Below, one piece after another: positions 1 to 9,413 of a stretch of DNA of 32,000 bases. The stretch comes from Patescibacteria group bacterium (GTDB taxonomy: Bacteria; Patescibacteriota; Patescibacteriia; 2-01-FULL-39-33): NCBI GenBank assembly GCA_041649575.1, contig JBAZMW010000003.1, forward strand, positions 150,001 through 182,000. Reading direction: 5' to 3'. The notes under the pieces were generated by a model. That model saw nothing but the letters and a program-made list of their open reading frames with translations, searched no databases and was not told the DNA's origin. Position 1 is the stretch's first letter; every line of letters starts with the position of its first letter. Position numbers and translations under genes: made by a program.

Positions 1-345
1 GAGCCACAAATCCTGGAAGAAACTTGCCTGGATTGCGGCGCTAAACTAGTCTTGCGCCAAGGACGCTATGGCAGCTTCAAAGGCTGCTCACAATATCCAA
101 AATGCAAATACATCAAAAAGGAGCAAGCCGAGGATTTAAATCTAACTTGCCCGGCTTGTCATGAAGGGAAAATCGTCGCCAAACGCAGCCGTAAGGGAGT
201 TTTTTATGCCTGCGACCGCTATCCTGATTGCCAGACCGCCTTCTGGGGCAAACCTAAGGACGAGAAGTGCTCCAGCTGCGGTTGGCCGCTAGTGGACAGT
301 AAGAATGGAGTTAAGTGTTCCAACAAAGAATGCCAGAACTCTTAA
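1..345 (+). CDS. topA: DNA topoisomerase I, C-terminal zinc-ribbon repeats (5' end lies upstream of window)
   Basis: Frame 1 is open from base 1. It contains tandem Cys4 modules of the form CxxC...G.F..C..YP.C (CLDCGAKLVLRQGRYGSFKGCSQYPKCKY; CPACHEGKIVAKRSRKGVFYACDRYPDCQ; CSSCGWPLV...VKCSNKEC), typical of the bacterial topo I C-terminus. Confidence 0.75.
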   Translation, partial: EPQILEETCLDCGAKLVLRQGRYGSFKGCSQYPKCKYIKKEQAEDLNLTCPACHEGKIVAKRSRKGVFYACDRYPDCQTAFWGKPKDEKCSSCGWPLVDSKNGVKCSNKECQNS

Positions 346-354
346 GAAGCTTCT

Positions 355-382
355 CCCCCTGCCGATTGGCAGGGGGTTTTTG
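355..382 (+). terminator. Rho-independent terminator after topA
   Basis: Hairpin ccccctgcc-gatt-ggcaggggg followed by ttttt. Confidence 0.8.
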
Positions 383-396
383 CTTAAAAAGAAGGT

Positions 397-1890
397 TTGA
401 ATTATAATACAAAAACAGAAATTGTATTATTTATGAACCGGGCGGAAAACGAATTTAATCAGTGGCTAGAGACTTTACAAAAGAGCTATTCGCCAAGCGA
501 ATTAGAATTATTAAGTTTGGCGTATGATTTTGCCCAAGAAGCTCACCGGGGGCAAAAACGCGCTTCCGGAGAAGATTATATTATTCATTGTCTAGCCACA
601 GCGCAAAAATTAGCTGAAATGAATCTGGATTTGTCTACCATTATCGCCGGTCTGCTTCATGACATACCGGAGGATACCAAGCTGACTCTTCAAGATATCG
701 AAAAAAATTTCGGAGCCGAGATTGCCAGACTGGTTGAAGGTATTACCAAGCTTGGCAAAATAAAATACCGCGGCCTGGAACGCTACGCGGAAAACCTGCG
801 CAAAATGTTTGTAGCCATGAGCGATGATATTAGAGTAATCCTGATCAAATTCGCCGACAGATTGCATAATCTGAAAACTCTAGAAGCGCTGGCTCCAGAA
901 AAACAGCTACGCATTGCCAAGGAAACCCTGGAAATCTACGCGCCGATTGCCGATCGATTGAGCATGGGAAAAATAAAAGGAGAACTGGAGGACTTGGCCT
1001 TTAAGTATGTGTACCCCGATGATTATAATTGGATCAGCCAGACTATCCCCAAAGAATACAAAACCAAAGAAACGCGTCTGCAAGAAGTCAAGGAACGGAC
1101 GAGAAAGAAACTGGCGGAACACGAAATTATTTCTGCAGAAATATCAATACAAGGCCGCACCAAACACCTTTACAGCCTTTATCGCAAACTGCTTAAACCG
1201 CATATCAACAAAGACCTGTCCAAAGTTTACGATTTACTGGCCTTGCGCATTATCGTGCCGACCATTTCCGATTGTTATTCGGCTCTAGGAATAGTCCATA
1301 GTCTTTACAGGCCGCTAGTTGGCAGGATAAAAGATTATATTGCCCAACCCAAGCCCAACGGCTACCGCTCACTACATACCACTGTCTTTACCGCCGATGG
1401 AGAAATTGTTGAGTTTCAAATTCGCACCAAGGAAATGCATGAAGAAGCGGAGTTTGGCGTGGCTGCCCATTGGCGCTATAAAGAAAATGGCGGTAAAATT
1501 AATGTTCAAAACATCAAATGGCTGGAAGAGTTGATTAAGTGGCAAAAACAAATCAAAGACGACGAGCAATTTTTACAAACCGTTAAATTTGACATCTTTC
1601 AAAATCGCATTTTCGTCTTCACGCCCAAAGGCGATGTTATTGATTTACCCGAAGGGGCCACGCCAATTGATTTTGCCTATCACCTGCATTCTTGGCTAGG
1701 TAACAAATGCGTTGGCGCCAGAATTAACGATCAAATGGTCAACCTGGGAGCCACTTTAAAAAGCGGGGACATTGTAGAGATAATTACCGACAAAAATCGT
1801 AAAGGCCCCAGCCCGGATTGGCTGGAAACAGTGAAAACCTCCATGGCCAGAAATAAAATACGCTCAGCTTTGAATAAAATTAAAAACTAA
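397..1890 (+). CDS. rel: RelA/SpoT homolog (RSH): HD hydrolase + (p)ppGpp synthetase + TGS domain, no ACT domain
   Basis: HD motif LLHDIPEDT. Synthetase motifs DYIAQPKPNGYRSLHTTV and EFQIRTKEMHEEAEFGVAAHWRYK. TGS-like segment IFVFTPKGDVIDLPEGATPIDFAYHLH. The track start at 397 is TTG; the ATG at 433 (MNRAENEF) is an equally plausible start. Confidence 0.9.
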   Translation: MNYNTKTEIVLFMNRAENEFNQWLETLQKSYSPSELELLSLAYDFAQEAHRGQKRASGEDYIIHCLATAQKLAEMNLDLSTIIAGLLHDIPEDTKLTLQDIEKNFGAEIARLVEGITKLGKIKYRGLERYAENLRKMFVAMSDDIRVILIKFADRLHNLKTLEALAPEKQLRIAKETLEIYAPIADRLSMGKIKGELEDLAFKYVYPDDYNWISQTIPKEYKTKETRLQEVKERTRKKLAEHEIISAEISIQGRTKHLYSLYRKLLKPHINKDLSKVYDLLALRIIVPTISDCYSALGIVHSLYRPLVGRIKDYIAQPKPNGYRSLHTTVFTADGEIVEFQIRTKEMHEEAEFGVAAHWRYKENGGKINVQNIKWLEELIKWQKQIKDDEQFLQTVKFDIFQNRIFVFTPKGDVIDLPEGATPIDFAYHLHSWLGNKCVGARINDQMVNLGATLKSGDIVEIITDKNRKGPSPDWLETVKTSMARNKIRSALNKIKN

Positions 1891-1892
1891 AA

Positions 1893-1918
1893 AGCCCGCT
1901 GTCGAGGCGGGCTTTTAA
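1893..1918. terminator. Bidirectional hairpin terminator between the convergent RSH and parB genes
   Basis: agcccgc-loop-gcgggct flanked by A-run and T-run. Confidence 0.75.
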
Positions 1919-1926
1919 AAAAGGAG

Positions 1927-2808
1927 TTAAATAATTTTTCCTAAAATATCGCTTAGTTCTTCCTCGGAAAAAAACCGAACTATAATCTGTCCCTGCCCGC
2001 CATGTTTTTTTATTTCCACCTTAGTGCCCAGATACTGCTCCAGCGCTTCTTCCTGGGCCTTAAGCTCGGGATCAAAACTCACTCGGCGCAAATGCTTTTT
2101 TATCACCACTTCTTTGGTGGCCTTTTCCGACTCGCGGACATTCCATTTATTGTTAAGAATCTGGTCCAAAATCCCCATCTGGTCTTCCGAGGGCAAGGCC
2201 ACCAAAGCACGAGCATGGCCGGCAGTGATTTTGCCACTGATAATCGCTTCCTTGACCTCGGTTCTGGCGCCTAAAATCCTCAAGGTGTTGGACACGGCTG
2301 GCCGGCTCTTGCCGACTCTTCTGGCCAATTGATGTTGGCTAAGATTAAATTGGTCGATTAATTTTTGGTAAGCTTTAGCCACCTCCAGAGCATTGAGATC
2401 CTCGCGCTGTAGGTTTTCGATTAATGCTAATTCCAATCTTTTTTGCTCACTTAAGTCGCGCACTATGGCTGGCACGGTTTCTAATCCCAATTTTTTGGCT
2501 GCCCGCCATCTTCTTTCGCCGGCTATTAATTGCCAGTGATCTTCACCGATTTTAGTGACAATTAGTGGCTGAATAATGCCATGCTCTTTTATTGACTGGC
2601 TTAATTCTTCCAGCGACTCTTCATTAAAACTATCACGCGGCTGATGTGGATTGGGCGAAATTTTGACAACCGGCAAAGCCAATACCTTTTCCGTTTCTTC
2701 CAAAACAGCGGCCACTCCCTGATAGCCAGCGGCTTCGTCTGAAATTTTATTTTTCTTGCTGGGGATCAGTGAACTTAGACCTCTGCCCAGCCCGGACGGC
2801 TTTTGCAT
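1927..2808 (-). CDS. parB: Chromosome partitioning protein ParB/Spo0J
   Basis: ParB-box motifs NPHQPRDSFNEESLEELSQSIKEHGIIQPLIV and IAGERRWRAAKKLG, plus an HTH segment. It lies directly downstream of parA. Confidence 0.9.
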   Translation of the reverse strand: MQKPSGLGRGLSSLIPSKKNKISDEAAGYQGVAAVLEETEKVLALPVVKISPNPHQPRDSFNEESLEELSQSIKEHGIIQPLIVTKIGEDHWQLIAGERRWRAAKKLGLETVPAIVRDLSEQKRLELALIENLQREDLNALEVAKAYQKLIDQFNLSQHQLARRVGKSRPAVSNTLRILGARTEVKEAIISGKITAGHARALVALPSEDQMGILDQILNNKWNVRESEKATKEVVIKKHLRRVSFDPELKAQEEALEQYLGTKVEIKKHGGQGQIIVRFFSEEELSDILGKII

Positions 2809-2826
2809 AAATGATTTAAAAAATAA

Positions 2827-3594
2827 TTAATAAGAACTGGTGTAATCCAAAAACTCCCTGGCCAGACGTTCATAGGATTTACCGCCCTTAGACTTGGGAT
2901 CATAGCCCAAAATAGTTTGGCCGTAACTCGGCGCTTCAGACAGACGAATACTCCTGGGAATAACCGAGCGAAAAATCTTGCCGGGAAAATGGCGATATAA
3001 TTCGGTCAGGATATCGTTGGACAATTTAAAGCGTTTGTCATACATGGTCAAAACTGCGCCCAGAATTCCCAACTCCGGCTTGATGTTCTCTCTAATTAAA
3101 TCGATGGTTGACATTAGTTGCCCCAGGCCTTCCAAAGAGAAATATTCTGCCTGGACCGGAATTAGAACCTGGTCACAAGCCACCAAACCGTTAATAGTTA
3201 ACAGCCCTAAAGACGGCGGGCAATCGATAAGAATATAATCAAAATCATTTCTGACTTCTAGTAAATTGTCATGCAGACGAAACTCCCGCCTTTCCAAATT
3301 TACTAATTCCACATTAGCCCCAGCCAAGGAGATGGTTGAAGGGGCAAGTTTATAAAACTCATGCTGGGTATCGACTAAAATATCACGAAAAGAATAGGGG
3401 CCAGTCAAGACTTCGTAAACACCCTTATCCAAGTTACGCGAGACACCCAAATTGGAAGTGGCATTGCTCTGCGGATCCAAATCCACCACTAAAACAAATT
3501 TTCCTAATCTGCTTAAATAGGCGGCGAGATTAACGGAGGTGGTGGTCTTGCCTACCCCACCTTTTTGATTGACGACCGAAATAATTTGTCCCAT
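2827..3594 (-). CDS. parA: ParA/Soj partitioning ATPase
   Basis: Deviant Walker A NQKGGVGKTTT and typical ParA length (255 aa). A TATAAT (3604-3609, minus) sits only 9 nt upstream of the ATG with no SD, so the transcript is probably near-leaderless. Confidence 0.9.
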   Translation of the reverse strand: MGQIISVVNQKGGVGKTTTSVNLAAYLSRLGKFVLVVDLDPQSNATSNLGVSRNLDKGVYEVLTGPYSFRDILVDTQHEFYKLAPSTISLAGANVELVNLERREFRLHDNLLEVRNDFDYILIDCPPSLGLLTINGLVACDQVLIPVQAEYFSLEGLGQLMSTIDLIRENIKPELGILGAVLTMYDKRFKLSNDILTELYRHFPGKIFRSVIPRSIRLSEAPSYGQTILGYDPKSKGGKSYERLAREFLDYTSSY

Positions 3595-3660
3595 ATTAAA
3601 TATATTATACTAAAAATCCCGCTACTAAACAAATAAATTGAGTAAAAAATCCAACAAATA

Positions 3661-3689
3661 TTGCTAAAAAAATAATTATGTGTTAAAAT
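3661..3689 (+). promoter_or_regulatory. Sigma70-like promoter for the tRNA cluster
   Basis: TTGCTA (3661-3666), a 17-nt spacer, then TAAAAT (3684-3689) preceded by TGt (extended -10). It lies about 19 nt upstream of the tRNA-fMet 5' end. Confidence 0.55.
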
Positions 3690-3707
3690 GAGATGGTTAA
3701 TAAATGA

Positions 3708-3781
3708 CGCGGGGTAGAGCAGTCTGGCAGCTCGTCGGGCCCATAACCCGAAGGTCGCTGGTTCAAATCCAGCCCCCGCAA
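3708..3781 (+). tRNA. Initiator tRNA-fMet (anticodon CAU)
   Basis: Near-colinear with the E. coli tRNA-fMet sequence as I recall it. It has the C1:A72 mismatch and three G:C pairs closing the anticodon stem (tcggg/cccga). The anticodon loop reads cccataa. CCA is not encoded. Confidence 0.9.
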
Positions 3782-3875
3782 CAAGAAATAGCATATAGCT
3801 TATAATTTATAGCATATAACTTACGGCGCTCCTGATTTAATATATGCCTTAAGTTAAAAAGCTATATGCCATCTT

Positions 3876-3947
<72 letters not shown>

Positions 3948-3960
3948 CTACTTGCTACCT

Positions 3961-4044
3961 GCCGAAGTGGCGGAATTGGTAGACGCGCACGACTCAAAAT
4001 CGTGTGGTCGTAAGACCATGAGGGTTCGATTCCCTCCTTCGGCA
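3961..4044 (+). tRNA. tRNA-Leu (anticodon CAA), long variable arm
   Basis: Acceptor gccgaag/cttcggc, anticodon loop ctcaaaa, variable arm tggtcgtaagaccat, T arm gaggg-ttcgatt-ccctc. Confidence 0.9.
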
Positions 4045-4082
4045 AAATCGGTTAAACTTTTCATCTTAAATTATTTTTACAC

Positions 4083-4574
4083 ATGTTTATTACCGTTCAT
4101 GCGGCAGCAGCTGCCATCTTGGGCCGTCAAGCGGCAAATCCGGTTATCGCCTTTATTTTGGGACTAATTTCCCATTTTGTTTTGGATGCGATTCCTCACG
4201 GCGATGAGCATTTGGGTAAAAAATTCCTGGGTTTTGGCATTAAAGAAAAAGAGGATTTCCGCATCATGGCCCTTTATGGTAGTATTGATAGTTTTTTCTT
4301 GGCGGTGTTTTTGATTTTTTTATTCAAAAATTTTGAATTTAACAATAACGGCGACAATATCGCCTGGGCCATAGTCGGTGGCATTCTGCCAGATATTCTA
4401 GTGGCGATTTATAAGTTAAAAAACTTTAAACTGCTTAGATGGTTCTCTAACCTACACATGAGAAATCATCGGTTGATAATTAAAGAAACTGCCGCCGACA
4501 TTCCTTTGAAATATGGAGTTTTAATGCAAGTGTGTTTTTTAATCGCCCTGATCTGGTTAATTTACTTCATCTAA
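4083..4574 (+). CDS. Small polytopic membrane protein with a His/Asp motif (HFVLDAIPHGDEH); possibly a membrane-bound metal-dependent hydrolase-like protein
   Basis: 163-aa ORF with several hydrophobic segments and a terminator directly downstream. The family assignment is uncertain. Confidence 0.6.
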   Translation: MFITVHAAAAAILGRQAANPVIAFILGLISHFVLDAIPHGDEHLGKKFLGFGIKEKEDFRIMALYGSIDSFFLAVFLIFLFKNFEFNNNGDNIAWAIVGGILPDILVAIYKLKNFKLLRWFSNLHMRNHRLIIKETAADIPLKYGVLMQVCFLIALIWLIYFI

Positions 4575-4587
4575 ATATCTTAAATAA

Positions 4588-4618
4588 AACCCTCCCGACA
4601 CGTCGGGAGGGTTTTATT
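4588..4618. terminator. Bidirectional terminator (ccctcccgac / gtcgggaggg)
   Basis: 10-bp GC-rich stem flanked by aaaa and tttt, between convergent genes. Confidence 0.8.
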
Positions 4619-4645
4619 TCTTTTATACCACCAGGCTGACCACCG

Positions 4646-5959
4646 CTAAGAGACGGAGTTGGACTTATTGGCTTTGGCGGCCACCGCCTCATAAACAGCC
4701 AGAGTTTCCTCTGCACACTTCTTCCAGTTGAATTCTTTGGCTCGCTCTTGGCCGTTAACGGCCAAGGATTCTCTAAGACCACTGTCGGTAAAAATTTGCT
4801 GCAGAGCATCGGCGATTTCTGATTCTTTATTCGGATTGACCAATAATGCATTATCTTCGCCGGCCACTTCAGGCAAGGAACTAACATTAGAAGTGATTAC
4901 CGGCACGCCCAGCGACATCGCCTCCAGGATCGGCAGGCCAAAGCCCTCATAAAGACTGGGGAAAACAAAACAGGTTGCGTGTTTTAAAATTAAAATCTTT
5001 TCGCAATAAGAAATATAACCTAAGTGTTTGATTGGCTGGCCAAAACGACGGTCGAAATCATGACGCCGTTCGCCTTGTTTGCCTTTCTTGGCCTCACTTC
5101 TAATGTCAAAACCGCTTCGTCTTTCTTTGCCGCTCCGACGTTTTTTTTGTCCTATAATACTGGCATTGGCATCAGCTATCGCTTCAAAAATTCCCTCATT
5201 GCTCCAACCGGAAGCGCCAGCGATAATCAACTGACAATCTTTGATCGGTGAATCATAAACCAGTTTTAAGTTACGGAAAGCCTTCACCAGGTTAATCAGA
5301 TTTTTGCGCGGCTCAATGGTGCCAACAAACAAAACGTAATTATCGGTTAGCCCGTATTTTTTCTTGAGATTTTTAAACTCACCGTCACCAGGGCAATCCT
5401 TACTGTCAATTGTCACTCCATTATAAACCACCTCTATCTTATTTTCTTCGATACCGAATTCCTCTATAATATCTCTTTTGGTATTCTTGGAAATAGCGAT
5501 AATCTTTTCGGCCCTGGTTAATGAGCTGGGCACTAAAACTTTTGTGGCAAAAGTCTGCCGATTGAGAAAAGTGGAAGGGAAAAATCTGGGATATTTATAA
5601 ATAGCCAAATCATGAACCGTGACCACTGAAGGACGCTTGTAAAGTAGTGGGGTGGTATTGGCCGGCGAATGGAAAACATCCAGTCTTTCACGACTCAAAA
5701 AGGCGCTGATGAGCATTTGAGAATAGGCCAGCGGTAAATATTTTTTGTATTGATAGAAAGGGAAAAATCTTATTTCGACGTTTTTGTAATTTTTAAACTC
5801 ATTAACACCCCTGAAGCGCTTGTCAAAAAATAAAACAAAAACATGATCCTGACCGAGATCAATCAGATTTTTTACCAGGAAGTGAGTGTAGTGGCCGACA
5901 CCGGCCGCTTCTCCCGCTCCAGGACTTAGGATTGTCCGACAATCGATGCCGATGCGCAT
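4646..5959 (-). CDS. GT-B fold glycosyltransferase (GT4/GT1-like) with a basic low-complexity insertion
   Basis: C-terminal motif FVFPSLYEGFGLPILEAMSLGVPVITSNVSSLPEVAG (E-x7-E type). N-terminal MRIGIDCR...GVGHYT, typical of GT4. Confidence 0.85.
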   Translation of the reverse strand: MRIGIDCRTILSPGAGEAAGVGHYTHFLVKNLIDLGQDHVFVLFFDKRFRGVNEFKNYKNVEIRFFPFYQYKKYLPLAYSQMLISAFLSRERLDVFHSPANTTPLLYKRPSVVTVHDLAIYKYPRFFPSTFLNRQTFATKVLVPSSLTRAEKIIAISKNTKRDIIEEFGIEENKIEVVYNGVTIDSKDCPGDGEFKNLKKKYGLTDNYVLFVGTIEPRKNLINLVKAFRNLKLVYDSPIKDCQLIIAGASGWSNEGIFEAIADANASIIGQKKRRSGKERRSGFDIRSEAKKGKQGERRHDFDRRFGQPIKHLGYISYCEKILILKHATCFVFPSLYEGFGLPILEAMSLGVPVITSNVSSLPEVAGEDNALLVNPNKESEIADALQQIFTDSGLRESLAVNGQERAKEFNWKKCAEETLAVYEAVAAKANKSNSVS

Positions 5960-5964
5960 AAAGC

Positions 5965-7227
5965 TTAGAAAGAATTGATAATACTCTTAAAATTTTTGTC
6001 TTGTTTGAAGGGTCCGATGACAGCCAAATTAATTTTTTTAAAATCAATTATCTCCTTGGCGGTTTTCTTTATTTGTTCCAAAGAAACCTGACGAAATTTG
6101 GCGATTTTTTCTTCCGGCGCAAGTAGTTTGCCGGTCATCAGTTCCTGTTGGCCAAACCATTGGGCTAAAGGCAACGGATCTTCCAGCTCCAATAGAATTT
6201 TACCGGCTAAATATTCTTTGGCCCGATTCAACTCTTCTGCTTTGATGTCTTTTTTTATTTTTTTTAGCTCTGTTAAAATCAATCTTAAAGCCTGCTCTAT
6301 TCTTATTTTATCCAAGCCGGCTTGAATGATCAGAGAGCCGGTATCCTGATAAAAATTAGGCCAAGCACGAACAAAATAGGCCAACCCCTGTCGCTCCCGA
6401 ACTTGCAAAAACAAACGAGAGCTCATATTGCCGCCCAAAATTACCGACAACAGCTGCAAGGCATAGATTGAACGATGGAAATAAGAATAAGCGGGAAAAG
6501 CCAAGGCCAGTTGAACTTGCTCGGTTTCTTTGAAATAAACCTTCAATCGTGACTGTTTTTGCCCTGAGTTGAAGGGTAAAAACTTTTTTGCCACCTTAGC
6601 GGCAGAAAAATTAATTTTTTTCTCTATTTCTTTAAGGTGCCGTTGGGAAAAACAACCAGCCAAAGCTATGACCATGTTTTGACCGCAATAGAGCTGATGA
6701 TAATAATCAGTGATTCTGGAGGGGGTAATTTTTTTGATAATTTCCTTGGTGCCAGCTACTGAATAACCCAGAGGGTTACCAGAAAACACCAAACCTTCTA
6801 CCAACTCTTCGACATACAACAGGGGGTTGTCTTGATACATGTTGATTTCTTCCATGATCACCTGTTTTTCCCGCTCGATTTCTGAATGGTCAAAGAGTGA
6901 GTTAAGCAACATGTCGGAGAGAATCTCGATCGCCAAGGACAAATGCCGACCATCGGCTTTGATATAATAGCCTGTATAATCCTTACCGGTAAAAGCGTTA
7001 TATTCAGCGCCCACGCCGTCTAATTCTTTGGCTAATAATAGCGTTTGCGGTCTTTTTTTGGTGCCTTTAAACATCAGGTGCTCGACAAAATGAGAAACGC
7101 CGTTATTGGCTTTGTTTTCATAACGAGAGCCAGCACCAATCATCACCAATAGAGCGGCAGTCTTGGCCTGAGGCAGAGGCAAAGCAATCAAGCGGGCTTT
7201 ATTTTTTAAAACCGTCTTCAAAAACAT
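5965..7227 (-). CDS. M16 (pitrilysin/insulinase) family zinc peptidase
   Basis: Inverted zinc motif HFVEH within GVSHFVEHLMFKGT. The 420-aa two-domain length is typical. Confidence 0.85.
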   Translation of the reverse strand: MFLKTVLKNKARLIALPLPQAKTAALLVMIGAGSRYENKANNGVSHFVEHLMFKGTKKRPQTLLLAKELDGVGAEYNAFTGKDYTGYYIKADGRHLSLAIEILSDMLLNSLFDHSEIEREKQVIMEEINMYQDNPLLYVEELVEGLVFSGNPLGYSVAGTKEIIKKITPSRITDYYHQLYCGQNMVIALAGCFSQRHLKEIEKKINFSAAKVAKKFLPFNSGQKQSRLKVYFKETEQVQLALAFPAYSYFHRSIYALQLLSVILGGNMSSRLFLQVRERQGLAYFVRAWPNFYQDTGSLIIQAGLDKIRIEQALRLILTELKKIKKDIKAEELNRAKEYLAGKILLELEDPLPLAQWFGQQELMTGKLLAPEEKIAKFRQVSLEQIKKTAKEIIDFKKINLAVIGPFKQDKNFKSIINSF

Positions 7228-7229
7228 AG

Positions 7230-8552
7230 CTACTTTTCTAAATTTTTTCTAAGGTAGTCAACCAAATCCTTTTCGGATACTCTAGTCTGCTCCATGCTAT
7301 CGCGGTCGCGGACAGTGACTGTCCCCTTTTCCAACGTGTCAAAATCAACAGTGATGCAATAGGGTGTACCAATTTCATCTTGATAACGATAACGTTTACC
7401 GATATTGCCGCGATCATCAAAAAAAACATAAAAATTATTTTTCAACTTTTCATAAATCTCCCGCGCTTTTTTAACTAAATCCGGTTTGTTTTTCAGTAGT
7501 GGGAAAACCGCTGCTTTGTAAGGCGCCAGGGCCGGCTTAAACTTCAAAACCACGCGAGTCTCGCCACCGGCCAATTTTTCTTCTTGGTAAGCTTCGCCTA
7601 AAACGGCCAGCACTGTACGATCGACCCCAAAAGTAGGTTCGATTACATGGGCCAAATATTTCCGGCCCTCCTCTTCGGAAAAATATTCCAAATTCTCGCC
7701 GGAATATCCCTGATGCCGAGACAGGTCATAATCGGTGCGGTAGGCAATCGCCCACAACTCGTCCTGACCAAAAGGAAAGTCGTACTCTAAATCTATGGTG
7801 CGCTTGGAATAGAAAGCCCTCTCCTCGGCGGGAATTTCATGATTAAACATTTTTTTCTTATCCAGACCTATTTCTGCCATAAAACCGTACATCGACTGCA
7901 ACCATTCCTCAAAAATATTATTCCAAGCGCTAAAAGGAGAAATAAAATATTCAATTTCCATCTGTTCAAACTCAAAAGTACGAAAGATGAAATTGCCAGT
8001 GGTAATTTCGTTTCTAAAAGCCTTGCCGATCTGACCGATACCGAAGGGAATTTTTTTGTTGGTTGAGTTTAAAACGTTTTTATAATCGGCAAAAATAGCT
8101 TGAGCCGTCTCGGGACGAAGATAGACCGTCAACCCCTCTTCTTCTACGGCGCCAATGGTGGTTTTAAACAAACCACTAAATCTCTTTTCCGCCGTAAATT
8201 GTCCGCCGCAATTAGGGCACTTGGTGGCGTTGTCTAACTTATCGGGACGAAAACGCTGATGACACTTTTTGCACTCTACCAGAGGATCGGTGAAGTTGGC
8301 CACATGACCAGAGGCCTCCCAGACTTTTGGACTCAAGATGATACCGCCGTCGATTCCCGTCATATCTTCACGATCCTGAATAAAATACTTCCACCAGGAC
8401 TTTTTGATGTTATTTTTCAATTCGACTCCCAAGGGGCCGTAATCGTAAGCACTGGCCAGACCGCCGTAAATTTCGGAGTTAGGAAAAACAAAACCACGCC
8501 TTTTGCATAAAGCGACAATCTTATCCATTAAATCATTTTTATTTTTGGCCAT
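7230..8552 (-). CDS. glyQS: Glycine--tRNA ligase (dimeric class II, GlyQS type)
   Basis: N-terminus MAKNKNDLMDKIVALCKRRGFVFPNSEIYGGLASAYDYGPLGVELKNNIK and RPETAQAIF. The start is placed at the ATG at 8552; the track's longer ORF runs to 8606. Confidence 0.9.
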   Translation of the reverse strand: MAKNKNDLMDKIVALCKRRGFVFPNSEIYGGLASAYDYGPLGVELKNNIKKSWWKYFIQDREDMTGIDGGIILSPKVWEASGHVANFTDPLVECKKCHQRFRPDKLDNATKCPNCGGQFTAEKRFSGLFKTTIGAVEEEGLTVYLRPETAQAIFADYKNVLNSTNKKIPFGIGQIGKAFRNEITTGNFIFRTFEFEQMEIEYFISPFSAWNNIFEEWLQSMYGFMAEIGLDKKKMFNHEIPAEERAFYSKRTIDLEYDFPFGQDELWAIAYRTDYDLSRHQGYSGENLEYFSEEEGRKYLAHVIEPTFGVDRTVLAVLGEAYQEEKLAGGETRVVLKFKPALAPYKAAVFPLLKNKPDLVKKAREIYEKLKNNFYVFFDDRGNIGKRYRYQDEIGTPYCITVDFDTLEKGTVTVRDRDSMEQTRVSEKDLVDYLRKNLEK

Positions 8553-8671
8553 AGAATTTAAAATTAATTGAAGTTTTTTATTCAAACCACTTGGCCTGCC
8601 GCTCATTGGCAGAATAAAGGAAATTGTTGTTTGATTTTAACTTAAAAAACAATTTCTGGCAACTCCGGCCT

Positions 8672-9325
8672 TTATTTAGAAAAAAGCTTCTCAATCGCTC
8701 CGGCCACATCGCCAGGAACCGCGGTATCAGCTGCGGCGGGATAACTTTTGGACCTTACAAAACTCTGCCAAAGAGTGGTTATTTTTTCATCAGAAATACT
8801 CAAGCCAGGACTATTTTTTACGGCCAAGCCAAAGCTGATAGGCAGGCTGTAAACCTGGCTGATAAGGGTTAGGGTTTTGTGTCCGGCTAGCAGTTTCTTT
8901 TGTTGGAGATCAAAGGCCAGGCCACTAGTTGAACCTTGCCTATAATAAGGAATGAGTGAAACGGCCAATAGATAAAAAATCGCCCAGCAAGAGATGAAGA
9001 CGGCCAAGACTAAACCGATTATAAAATCAAAAACTTCGCCGCCATTTCGCTTTTGATAATGCGGTAATCTCCGAATCCACTTGGCGTCTTGATGGTGAGG
9101 CTCAACCTCTTGTTCTAACTGTTTTTTGATTTTGTTTTTGAAATCTTCCCACCAGGAAACCGTGGTCAGCCAATCATCGCCGAATTTGAAAGCTTTTAAT
9201 TTACCGCCGCGAGCGGCTGCGGTTAAGTAGTCCAGACTGTAAATGCCATCTTCGGCAATAACCGAAAGCGGCCAATATTTTTGGCCGGCCAAGCTAACGG
9301 CTCGATTATCGTTTTTAAAACCCAT
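8672..9325 (-). CDS. Hypothetical membrane protein, possibly with an N-terminal excisionase-like HTH
   Basis: 217-aa ORF with a central TM segment (FDFIIGLVLAVFISCWAIFYLLAV). The N-terminal segment YSLDYLTAAARGGKLKAFKFGDDWLTT resembles HTH_17-type domains (weak). Confidence 0.55.
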   Translation of the reverse strand: MGFKNDNRAVSLAGQKYWPLSVIAEDGIYSLDYLTAAARGGKLKAFKFGDDWLTTVSWWEDFKNKIKKQLEQEVEPHHQDAKWIRRLPHYQKRNGGEVFDFIIGLVLAVFISCWAIFYLLAVSLIPYYRQGSTSGLAFDLQQKKLLAGHKTLTLISQVYSLPISFGLAVKNSPGLSISDEKITTLWQSFVRSKSYPAAADTAVPGDVAGAIEKLFSK

Positions 9326-9413
9326 TGATTAATTTTATCGTTTTAATTATACCATAAAATCCAAACAAAAACAGAGGTTGAACTAACCCCTGTTTTTGTT
9401 TTTTATCCTCCAA

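Noticed and set aside
1927-3700. A parS site or replication origin next to parAB.
   Set aside because: There is no TGTTTCACGTGAAACA-like palindrome or cluster of TTATCCACA-like DnaA boxes in or around parB/parA. No dnaA or dnaN is nearby.
8624-8872. An 82-aa plus-strand ORF between glyQS and the 217-aa membrane protein.
   Set aside because: It overlaps the 3' end of the minus-strand gene, uses a non-ATG start, and has no SD or recognisable composition.
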